A stretch of 64,000 bases of DNA from a virus: positions 1-64,000 of the IMG/VR virus record IMGVR_UViG_3300017991_000009; one strand, 5' to 3'. Below, piece after piece: positions 18,973 to 26,991 of this stretch (its first letter is position 1; every line of letters begins with the position of its first letter). The translations under genes were made by a program, and so were the position numbers. The notes below the pieces were generated by a model. It ran no database searches and was not told the origin of the DNA. It saw nothing but the letters and a program-made list of their open reading frames with translations.

Positions 18973-20424
18973 ATGGGCAAATTATCTAGAGAGGACCTGG
19001 TGTACAAGGTATCTCGTTGGCAGCGGTACCTGTACGACAGTGAGCGGGATCATAACAAGGGCCTGCAAGCTGCGGAGAAGGATGGCAGGGGCCGGGCGAA
19101 TCGGTACCCCGACTATCAGCGGGAGTTGTTCTCTAGGCTTTACAACCCGCGCACCAAGAAGTTGGACGAGCCCGCGGCCGACAGTGAGTGGGCCCAGAAG
19201 CTTCACGGGACGGCCGAGGGGGTGCCGGAGTTCAAGGTGCTGCAGGACAGGTGCAAGGGCGACGAGGTTTGGTCTGGGATGGCCACCACCACCCTGAGTA
19301 AGCAGGTGTCGGCCACGATGGAAAAGAGGCAGTCGAAGGAGGACATCCCCGACCTGGAGCGGCGAGTGCAAGGGCTCTCCGACCTGATGTCAAAAGGGGT
19401 GCAGGTGGGTAAGAGGCTGAAGGCTGCCCAGAAGCGGTTGGAGAAGGCGAAGGCTGAGGCACAGGAGATGGCCGAAGGTCTTGACCCGGTAGCTTTGAGG
19501 CAGGCCATCAGGAAGGGGTGCGAGCAGGCGCAGGAAGAGATCGGAGAGATGGATAAGGCAGTTGAGTCGTTCAGCTACGGTACGGAGCCTGGGGCGCCGG
19601 CGAGGCTGGGCAACGCAGAGGCAAAGCGGAAGCTTGCCAAGCGGATCAAGGCGAGCCCCAAGCTTTCCAAGATAGCGGAGCTTGCAGGGCGACTCAGGCG
19701 GGTGGCAGCGGAGAAGCAACGCAGCAAGGCGAGTGACAGCAGGAGCGAGGTCACTGATATTGAGCAGGGCAACGAGATCGATCGCCTGCTCCCCAGCGAG
19801 TTGATGGACTTGCTCAACGGGGGCGGGGGCGAGAGGGAGTTGATGTTCTATTCCCGCTTCTTGGATCGGCAGTGCTTGCAGTACAAGCTGTCGGGCAAGG
19901 AGAAAGAAGGTAGAGGGCCGATCGTCATCTGTATGGACGAGTCGGGCAGCATGGGTGGTGACCGAGAGGTGTGGGCCAAGGCGGTGGCGTTGGCCCTGCT
20001 CGAGGTCGCTAACAGGCAAAAGAGAACGTGGGCGTTTGTTCACTTCGACACCAGAGTGACCCGCACCGATGTGGTGCCCCATGGGAAGATCGACACCGCG
20101 GCCCTGATGGACTGTATGGAGCACTTCAGCGGGGGCGGTACAAGCTTTCAGGCACCGCTAGATCAGGCGGTAGAGATCATCAGAGGCGATAGTGAGATGA
20201 AGAAGGCAGACGTTCTCCTGGTTACCGATGGTTACTGCTCAACCAGCGACGACTGGGACAAGACGTTCGCCAGGAAGAAGGAGGAGTTGTCGTTCCAAGT
20301 GTTCAGCGTGATGGTGGCCATGGGTGGCGGCAGCTATGGGTCGGTGGAGAAGTGGAGCAACCAGATCTTCCCGATCAACGAGTTGCTGGAGGACAAGTTC
20401 CACGATGTGATGTTCAGTGTTTGA
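18973..20424 (+). CDS. VWA-domain protein (ViaA-like partner of the MoxR ATPase)
   Basis: RLLPSEL, MIDAS motif GPIVICMDESGSMGG, GGGTSF, ADVLLVTDG; start reassigned to ATG 18973 after the RBS. Confidence 0.92.
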   Translation: MGKLSREDLVYKVSRWQRYLYDSERDHNKGLQAAEKDGRGRANRYPDYQRELFSRLYNPRTKKLDEPAADSEWAQKLHGTAEGVPEFKVLQDRCKGDEVWSGMATTTLSKQVSATMEKRQSKEDIPDLERRVQGLSDLMSKGVQVGKRLKAAQKRLEKAKAEAQEMAEGLDPVALRQAIRKGCEQAQEEIGEMDKAVESFSYGTEPGAPARLGNAEAKRKLAKRIKASPKLSKIAELAGRLRRVAAEKQRSKASDSRSEVTDIEQGNEIDRLLPSELMDLLNGGGGERELMFYSRFLDRQCLQYKLSGKEKEGRGPIVICMDESGSMGGDREVWAKAVALALLEVANRQKRTWAFVHFDTRVTRTDVVPHGKIDTAALMDCMEHFSGGGTSFQAPLDQAVEIIRGDSEMKKADVLLVTDGYCSTSDDWDKTFARKKEELSFQVFSVMVAMGGGSYGSVEKWSNQIFPINELLEDKFHDVMFSV

Positions 20425-20499
20425 TTGTTGCACCCCTGGCCACCACTAGCTGGTGGCCAGTATGGAGCAATCAAGCTCCCGCAAACAGGAGGTGACGAT
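20421..20499 (+). ncRNA. Structured intergenic element E5
   Basis: TTGATTGTT-GCACCC-[CTGGCCACCA/TGGTGGCCAG]-TATGG-AGCAATCAA-GCTCC..GGAGGTGAC. Confidence 0.8.
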
Positions 20500-21105
20500 A
20501 TGATGCACCCAACACACAAAGGGTACGTGGTCAACAATTACACTGCACTTGTCAACGAAAAGGGACAAGCGCAGGTAACGCTCCCGAAGGGAAGCCACTT
20601 CGATCTTGAGAAGGGGCAGATCTTCGGGCTCACTGGGGCAATGGCAATCTGGAACGGTGAGCCACCGCCTTGGTGCGCCTCAGTGGTCAGGGTCAAGGGC
20701 GCAACCGAGCCCTGGGCTGATCTGCCGAAGCGGGCCAAGACCGTCCTGTGGTGCAGGGAGGAGCTTCCTGATTCGCTTGCACGCGAGTTGGATTCCCTCT
20801 CAAGGTTCTTTGGGGATGCATGCTTTGACCTGGCGGACAAGTGGACCTACCCGGAGAAGTGGGCAGAGTTGAAAAAGGCTGGTGTGAGGGACATCAAGGG
20901 AGCCCTGGCCGATGAAATCTACAACGACGTGAATGCGGCGGAGGACCTCTTGGGGGACCAAATGCACAACGCCTTCTACTCTTCAGGGAACAAGGACAAG
21001 CTGAACCTCTTGTGGAACAAGGCAGCGAGGTATGTTGCCGACACGCTCCCGCATATCAAGGGCCTGTTTGCTCGCCTCGCTCAAGGGGAGGTGTGCAATG
21101 CCTAG
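20500..21105 (+). CDS. Hypothetical protein
   Basis: Strong RBS at the end of E5; typical codon usage. Confidence 0.7.
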   Translation: MMHPTHKGYVVNNYTALVNEKGQAQVTLPKGSHFDLEKGQIFGLTGAMAIWNGEPPPWCASVVRVKGATEPWADLPKRAKTVLWCREELPDSLARELDSLSRFFGDACFDLADKWTYPEKWAELKKAGVRDIKGALADEIYNDVNAAEDLLGDQMHNAFYSSGNKDKLNLLWNKAARYVADTLPHIKGLFARLAQGEVCNA

Positions 21106-21391
21106 CCGACGATATGTTCCACTGCACGAACACCTTGCGATTGAGTACGCCAAGAACGACCTCGGATATTCCAGCCCGGAGGTCTATGGGAACCAGCTTG
21201 ACCCGCAGGTGAGGGAGATCTCGGCGGTGTGGTTGAGGGATCAAGACAATCCCGACTACGACATTGGGTTGATAGTTCACACCAAGGACGGAGTACTGGA
21301 GGAGTTTGACCCAGCTATCGACGGGAAGCCCGGTGAGTTACAATCAGGTAGTAACTGCGACTTATCGCGGATGCGGATGGAGGTATACTAA
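21098..21391 (+). CDS. Hypothetical protein
   Basis: GGAGGTG RBS; overlaps the upstream stop. Confidence 0.65.
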   Translation: MPSRRYVPLHEHLAIEYAKNDLGYSSPEVYGNQLDPQVREISAVWLRDQDNPDYDIGLIVHTKDGVLEEFDPAIDGKPGELQSGSNCDLSRMRMEVY

Positions 21392-21582
21392 TGGATCCGG
21401 ATGCGAACCTGAAGGAGCAGTTACAACTTGCTGCCGCGCTTGAGGACGTGGACTACGATCAACTGGACGAGAACTCGAAGGAGGCGGCCATCTCAGATGC
21501 CTGCCGCTTGGCCGAGCTTGTCCTGGCCCTCGACGAGTGGATCTCAAAGGGTGGGTTCCTGCCCAAGCTTTGGAGTAGGTGA
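21391..21582 (+). CDS. Small phage protein (MDPDA.L...ALDEW.SKGGFLP..W type)
   Basis: TAATG coupling; GGAGG RBS. Confidence 0.7.
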   Translation: MDPDANLKEQLQLAAALEDVDYDQLDENSKEAAISDACRLAELVLALDEWISKGGFLPKLWSR

Positions 21583-21672
21583 GTGTTGCTCGAGGTCGTT
21601 AGCTTATCGTACTCTGATAAGCTAACGGTCTCCCTGGAGCACTTACGCTCCCAACAACGAAAGAGGTGGCAT
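21579..21672 (+). ncRNA. Structured intergenic element E6; its upper stem contains palindrome copy 2
   Basis: GTGAGTGTT-GCTC-[GAGGTCGTTAGCTTATC/GATAAGCTAACGGTCTC]-CCTGG-AGCACTTAC-GCTCC-CAACAAC..GAGGTGGC. Confidence 0.8.
21600..21624. repeat. Dispersed 25-bp palindrome, copy 2
   Basis: TAGCTTATCG-TACTC-TGATAAGCTA. Confidence 0.9.
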
Positions 21673-21963
21673 ATGGTAACGATCAGAGTGCAGGGCAACC
21701 TAAAGGAGTGCAACGGCGATCACATCCTGGAGTTCATCACGTTCCTGAACAACAGGCAGGTGGTTCTCTTGGTCAGCAAGCTGGATGAAGATGGGGTCAC
21801 CCTGAACCTGTTCCGCGGTGTGCTAAGGCTGGCGTTCAACGTCGCGGCGTCAGAGCAGGACCTCCCGATCACCTCGGGTGAGGTAGAGGGCCTCTTGGGC
21901 GCCTGGGTTGACAAGGCAGCAACGGAGGGCCGGCCGTTGTGGAAGTATGAGGTGCTCTCATGA
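21673..21963 (+). CDS. Hypothetical protein
   Basis: ATG after the E6 RBS. Confidence 0.65.
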   Translation: MVTIRVQGNLKECNGDHILEFITFLNNRQVVLLVSKLDEDGVTLNLFRGVLRLAFNVAASEQDLPITSGEVEGLLGAWVDKAATEGRPLWKYEVLS

Positions 21964-22166
21964 AGGGCGAAGTGATCTACAGGGCCCCTGAAGGCGGAGG
22001 GGTCTGCCCCTCCTGTGAGGCTGTGATGGAGGTGTACTTCACCTTCAAACCTGGTACCACGCACAAGTCGATCAAACAGTTTGAGATAGACAACACCATA
22101 CACATGAAAGCGATCGGCGAGGTGGCGAGGTGCAGGAACTGCGGGTACTCCGAGAGGCGAGGGTAG
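21960..22166 (+). CDS. Small zinc-ribbon protein
   Basis: CPSC...CRNCG; ATGA coupling. Confidence 0.65.
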   Translation: MKGEVIYRAPEGGGVCPSCEAVMEVYFTFKPGTTHKSIKQFEIDNTIHMKAIGEVARCRNCGYSERRG

Positions 22167-22246
22167 CCAGCACTGCTTGATCTCCTGAGTGAGTAGGCTC
22201 GGGGGATCGCTGGAGTGCTGGGCCCGTCACCTCCCCGGCAGACTCC

Positions 22247-22297
22247 CAGCAACCCCAGGAAACGGTAATGGTGTACGCCCTGGGGTTGCTGTATTTT
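22247..22297 (+). terminator. Hairpin, possible terminator of the early operon
   Basis: 13-bp stem CAGCAACCCCAGG/CCTGGGGTTGCTG with a long loop, then TATTTT. Confidence 0.45.
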
Positions 22298-22299
22298 GC

Positions 22300-22530
22300 C
22301 TGTATATACAGAGGTGAAATCCTGCAAACCAAGCACACGACCTAAGTTATCGAAAAGTATAAACAAAAACTGCTGACAATCTATTATCTGGTATATAGCA
22401 CATAGAACATTGATCTTAGATCTTTGATCTTTCCTTCTTTTTATTTGTAAAGAAGAAAAGAAAATATAAGGAAGAAAATATAAAGATACATAGCAATAGA
22501 ATATATACGGTTACGTGTATATACACCAAA
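22300..22530. promoter_or_regulatory. Very AT-rich non-coding tract bounded by TGTATATACA palindromes (promoter or origin candidate)
   Basis: T-rich then A-rich runs at 22420-22500; TGTATATACA at 22301 and 22516. Confidence 0.55.
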
Positions 22531-22545
22531 CCCAGGAGGTGACGA

Positions 22546-22962
22546 ATGAAAGTGAGCACAGCATACAACCACAGGGAGCGTGCACTGCAAAGCCTGGCGG
22601 AGATGTATCAGCACGCTAGGATGTTCGGCATGACCGCGCAGGCGATGAACGAGAGGCGGGTCGAGATCCTAAAATCGATCAACCACTGCCCAGGATGGGT
22701 GCTCTCGTACATCTCAGGATGGGAGAGGGCGATCTCGGCAGAGGTCTACCGTGAGCAGGTCTTCTTCTACACGATGCCCGATGGTTCCCTGGTGAGCAGT
22801 CACAGAGATCGTGACGACTACTACGAGAAGAAAGGCTGGGGCCCGAGGGAGGTCTACGAGCAGGCAATCGAGTGCGGGCACTACTGGATCATCAACGGCA
22901 AACCGAAGCCGTATTCGGTTAGCCCTAACGAGTACAAGAAGGAGGTGGCGAATGCTGGATAG
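22546..22962 (+). CDS. Hypothetical protein
   Basis: AGGAGGTGAC RBS. Confidence 0.75.
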   Translation: MKVSTAYNHRERALQSLAEMYQHARMFGMTAQAMNERRVEILKSINHCPGWVLSYISGWERAISAEVYREQVFFYTMPDGSLVSSHRDRDDYYEKKGWGPREVYEQAIECGHYWIINGKPKPYSVSPNEYKKEVANAG

Positions 22963-23407
22963 GAAAGCGGGATGCAAGTCCCGATCATCGTGCGAGATGC
23001 GTGAGTGGCTAGACAGTCTCCGGGACGAGTTGGAGAGGTCGTCCGCTCTCGCTTCAGGTGTGCACAAGTTGGCAAGGCAGACGCTTGCCATCATGGACTT
23101 CATCCGCGGGGTGGAGCACAAGGAGGAACTCGGTGGGGCTCACCCCGACCTGCTTGACTTGAAGATGAAGTACGCACACAAGAACGAGCAGGGCCAGGTC
23201 GAAGGTGTGGAACTCGATCTCAGTGAGGCCGGGCTGTCCATGATGGTGGCCCTTGAGATCCTGATGCCGATGTTCGTCTTCCTCATGGACTCGCTGCAGG
23301 AGTGTGACGCCCAGGCTCAAGACCTCTACCGGGCGGTGGAGAAGTTCAAGGTGGTGAAGCAACACATGGCCTCACCAGAGGCGGACCCGGAAGACCGCCC
23401 TAACTGA
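22952..23407 (+). CDS. Hypothetical protein
   Basis: AAGGAGGTG RBS before ATG 22952. Confidence 0.65.
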   Translation: MLDRKAGCKSRSSCEMREWLDSLRDELERSSALASGVHKLARQTLAIMDFIRGVEHKEELGGAHPDLLDLKMKYAHKNEQGQVEGVELDLSEAGLSMMVALEILMPMFVFLMDSLQECDAQAQDLYRAVEKFKVVKQHMASPEADPEDRPN

Positions 23408-23440
23408 TCGCCCAGGTGGTGACATCGTGTGCACCAGATT

Positions 23441-23479
23441 GCCCCCGGCCTTCCTTCGTGGAGGGTCGGGGGCTTTTTT
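23441..23479 (+). terminator. Rho-independent terminator
   Basis: GCCCCCGGCCTTCC-TTCGT-GGAGGGTCGGGGGC followed by TTTTTT. Confidence 0.9.
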
Positions 23480-23644
23480 GCGTTTGGAGTGGTAAGATTA
23501 GATCACGGTGGTTGGTGCGAAGGTCTGGCACTTTGGGAGAGCCCTCCAGCCCTGTCCCTCGTTGTCGGTACTCTCCGACGCACCAGCGGGGCTCTCCTTT
23601 CCCTTGAGAAAATAAAGCTTGCATTTGCTTTAAGGCCATGATAT

Positions 23645-23785
23645 CCAAGGCGCTGGTGATGTTATGAAACAGCGATCATCAATACATAATTCCAGCATTC
23701 GAGCGAACCAATCAGGGAGCGTTACACATCCCCGTAGCTGTGTTCATCGCATCACCAGCCTTGGTTGGTTCGCTCGAATGCTGGA
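23645..23785 (+). ncRNA. Structured leader of the DNA polymerase gene with two interleaved long stems
   Basis: 23691-23717 pairs with 23759-23785 (27 bp, 2 G-U); 23645-23673 pairs with 23737-23764 (about 25 bp with bulges). Confidence 0.7.
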
Positions 23786-23805
23786 GATCATAGCGGAGCG
23801 ACTGT

Positions 23806-26487
23806 GTGGCAAATGTGAAAGTGAAAGCGAAGGCTCAGCCAGAGCCGACAATCCAACGGCCCCTGAAGAGAAACCCCGACTGCACGCGATGCAAGCTCGG
23901 AGAGACGAGTCAAACTGTTTGCTGCAGGTCAGTAGGCCCCAAGCGCCCAGATATCATGTTGGTCGGAGAGGCCCTTGGAGCGAACGAGGAGATTCATTGC
24001 AGGCCTTTTGTTGGTGACGCCGGCCGCAAGCTGAACTACCTGTTGTCGAAGGCGAAGCTTAGACGCAAACGCCTCCGCATACGCAACACGGTTAGTTGCC
24101 GACCCCCAGGCAACGCTGCCCCCTCAAAGACGATCATCGAAGCGTGTTACCCGTACCTTTGGCACGACATCCTGGTTTCCAAGCCGAAGGTGATCGTTGC
24201 CTTGGGAAGCGTTGCTTACCGCGCCCTGGGTGCCTCGGTAGATGTGAAGGGTAAGCTCAAGATGGACACGCGCGGGGTCACTGACTGGCGCGGGTTCTAC
24301 GAGCAACGAACCATCATGTGGGACGCCCCGAACGGGAAGCACTACGAGCACACGTTCTGGATCGTCCCCACCTTCCATCCATCGGCCTGCCTTCGCAACT
24401 GGGAGAAGGACGACCTCCTCGTCCACGACCTGAAGATCGCCAAGGACCTCTCCGAGGGAAAGCAACCGCTGAAGTATCCAGACACCAAGGTAACCGTCAT
24501 CAAGACCAAGGAGGAGGCTATCCGCTTCCTGCGCCACCTGCGGAAGGTTGGTGCATTCGTAGTTGACTTAGAGACTGCAGGCTCCCCTGCTCGGCCGCAG
24601 GAAGCCCTCGACCCGCACCGTGCAAAGATCATGTGTGCGGGTTTTTGCTATCGGGATGGGCACGCGACTATCCTCCCCTTCTACCGGCAGAACCTGAAAC
24701 CCTACTGGACGCCGCGGGAGCGGAACGAGATCATCGAGGAGTTCACTGGGCTACTGGAGCACGCCAAGCTCTACGGGCAGAACATCAAGTTCGACATCAA
24801 ACACCTCCGAAAGCTCACCGGCTTGGTCGACTACAAGATCGGCTTTGACACGATGATCGCTCATCACGTGGTGGATGAGAACAAGCCGCATAACCTAACC
24901 TTCCTCTGCCAGTGGTACCTTCGTTGGTGGAAGTACGACTCGGCCCTCGACCAGTTCAAGTTCAGCAAGGGCAAGAAGACCATGTTCCGAGTCGACCTGG
25001 TCCCCGACCAGATGTTGTGGAACTACTGCGGGTATGACGTCGATGGCACCTGGAGACTCAGGCGCAAGCTGATCCCCCTCATCAACGAGGAGAAGGTAGC
25101 CAAGCCCTTTAGGGTGGAGCTTGACCTCACCGTCCCGCTGGCCGACGTGGAGTTCCGCGGGCTGCAGGGTGACAGGGCAAGGCTCCTGCAGTTGTCCGCG
25201 GTGTACCGCAAGCAGTCAGCGGCGATCGTCAAGAAGCTCCAGACGAGCGCGGTGAAGCTTCTGGGGGTGCGTAAGGTGAAGGGCAAGATAGAGCCCTTCA
25301 ACCCCAACAGCCCCAAGCAACTCACCGAGCTACTCAAGACCGCCGGCGCCGATCTCAGGAAGACCACCAAAGGGGGGAGCCTCGCCGTTGACAAGTACGT
25401 CCTAGCTGCACTTGCACTGAAGAAGAACAAGGCAGGCACTATCGCCAAGAACGTGCAGGAGCTACGCCGCTTGGGGAAGTACATCTCTACCTACCTGGAT
25501 GGCAAGGACGGTGACGAGGGGTTCCTGCAGTACATGGGAGAAGGTGACCGTTGGCACCCGACCTACAATATCACCAACGCTAGGACGCCCAGGCTGTCCG
25601 CTGATGACCCGGCGATCCAGACCGTCCCGCGTCTAATGGTGCTGCGGTCGATGGTTATCCCTGACAACGAGGAGTGCATGCTCATCGCGGTGGATTACGA
25701 GAAGATCGAGTTGTGCGTCATGTCGTGGTTGGCCAACGATGAGGTAATGGTGCAGGAGCTACTCGATAGGGTTGACCTGCACACCAAGATGGGCGTCACG
25801 GCGCGGTTGATGCGGAACCCCACGGACGAGGAGTTCAAGCGGATCGCTCCGATGATAAGTAAGGACGAGCGGGCCGTTGCAAAGGGCGTGAACTTCGGTA
25901 TTCCATATGGCCGCGGTGCTTATGCTATCGCCGAGGCGAACCCTGACGCCTTCCCAGGCACGATGCCAAAGAACGAGCGAACCGAGACGGTACAGAAGGT
26001 GATCAACGCCTTCTTTGAGAAGTACTGGGGCATCACGGAATACCGGGAGCGGGTTGTCCAACGGCTTGAGGACAACGGGCAACTCCGAGAGTACATGTTC
26101 CATCGGCTGCGCCGGTTACCGGCTGTCGATTGGTACAACTCGAAGTGGGGGATGGACACCGACCGCAGGGATGCTGACTTCGGGCACCTGAAGAGGGAGG
26201 CCCTCAACTTCGAGATTCAGGCATTGGCCACGCAGATACTGAACATGAAAACGAAGGTGGTCTATGATGGTATCCAAAAGGTGCGGATACCTGGCCTGCG
26301 TATCAACCAGAGCCTTCACGATGCTTTGATGTTCAACTGTAACCGCGCATACACCGACGAGGCCGTGCACCACATTACGGAGTGGATGGAGACGTCCTTG
26401 CCGAAAGATCGCAGGCACAAGTTTGAGATGCCCCTGAAGGTAGAGGCGCTGGTTCAGAACTACTGGGGAGAGGAATACTCCGCATAA
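23806..26487 (+). CDS. polA: Family A DNA polymerase with N-terminal family-4 uracil-DNA-glycosylase-like domain and 3'-5' exonuclease (SPO1-like architecture)
   Basis: CTRC..MLVGEALG..PFVGDAG..TFHPSA (UDG4); VVDLET, GQNIKFD, YCGYD (Exo I-III); DYEKIEL, R..AKGVNFGIPYG, LHDAL (Pol motifs A/B/C). Confidence 0.95.
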   Translation: MANVKVKAKAQPEPTIQRPLKRNPDCTRCKLGETSQTVCCRSVGPKRPDIMLVGEALGANEEIHCRPFVGDAGRKLNYLLSKAKLRRKRLRIRNTVSCRPPGNAAPSKTIIEACYPYLWHDILVSKPKVIVALGSVAYRALGASVDVKGKLKMDTRGVTDWRGFYEQRTIMWDAPNGKHYEHTFWIVPTFHPSACLRNWEKDDLLVHDLKIAKDLSEGKQPLKYPDTKVTVIKTKEEAIRFLRHLRKVGAFVVDLETAGSPARPQEALDPHRAKIMCAGFCYRDGHATILPFYRQNLKPYWTPRERNEIIEEFTGLLEHAKLYGQNIKFDIKHLRKLTGLVDYKIGFDTMIAHHVVDENKPHNLTFLCQWYLRWWKYDSALDQFKFSKGKKTMFRVDLVPDQMLWNYCGYDVDGTWRLRRKLIPLINEEKVAKPFRVELDLTVPLADVEFRGLQGDRARLLQLSAVYRKQSAAIVKKLQTSAVKLLGVRKVKGKIEPFNPNSPKQLTELLKTAGADLRKTTKGGSLAVDKYVLAALALKKNKAGTIAKNVQELRRLGKYISTYLDGKDGDEGFLQYMGEGDRWHPTYNITNARTPRLSADDPAIQTVPRLMVLRSMVIPDNEECMLIAVDYEKIELCVMSWLANDEVMVQELLDRVDLHTKMGVTARLMRNPTDEEFKRIAPMISKDERAVAKGVNFGIPYGRGAYAIAEANPDAFPGTMPKNERTETVQKVINAFFEKYWGITEYRERVVQRLEDNGQLREYMFHRLRRLPAVDWYNSKWGMDTDRRDADFGHLKREALNFEIQALATQILNMKTKVVYDGIQKVRIPGLRINQSLHDALMFNCNRAYTDEAVHHITEWMETSLPKDRRHKFEMPLKVEALVQNYWGEEYSA

Positions 26488-26500
26488 AAGGAGAGCGAAA

Positions 26501-26986
26501 GTGGTTGACCATAAAACCGCGATAGCAGACGAACTGGCGATCAGTGCCGACCTCAACCACGAGTTCAGCAAGCAGGCTGGCTCCTTTGCGCACTATGCGT
26601 TCTTGCTGGCGCGTGCCGAGGACTTAGTGAGACAACTGGAGGAGAAGGCCGAGCTACTGTTTGCCAAGCACTACCGGATCTACAGGCAGAAGAACCCCAA
26701 GGACAGCAAGGAGAACGACTGTAAGTCGTATATCCGCAGGACCCGCGAGTACCAGGAAGCGGTGAACGCCCTGCACAAGGCGAAGTACAACAGGGATATC
26801 CTGAAGGCTGGTGTGCGTGCCTTTGAGATGAGGCGCGACATGCTGATCCAACTCGGGGCGATGTTCCGCATGGAGTTGGATGGGACAGACCTGAAAACAC
26901 GTTCACTTCAATCGAAGGTCAAGAAGGCCACGAGGGTGGTCAGGAAGACCGCACGGACACCCCGCAGAAGGCGGAAAGGAGAGTAG
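26501..26986 (+). CDS. UvsY-like recombination mediator
   Basis: Helical protein with EYQEA...ILK..V.AFEMRRDML.QL pattern; precedes SSB and RecA genes. Confidence 0.6.
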   Translation: MVDHKTAIADELAISADLNHEFSKQAGSFAHYAFLLARAEDLVRQLEEKAELLFAKHYRIYRQKNPKDSKENDCKSYIRRTREYQEAVNALHKAKYNRDILKAGVRAFEMRRDMLIQLGAMFRMELDGTDLKTRSLQSKVKKATRVVRKTARTPRRRRKGE

Positions 26987-26991
26987 TAGCT

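Noticed and set aside
16006-21672. CRISPR array, hammerhead ribozyme or classic attC reading of the repeated elements
   Set aside because: Copies are separated by whole genes; no CUGANGA/GAAA core; no RYYYAAC..GTTRRRY ends and no integrase in the window
15344-23800. tRNA or tmRNA genes in the non-coding gaps
   Set aside because: No cloverleaf with a T-loop GTTCRA and acceptor stem found by eye
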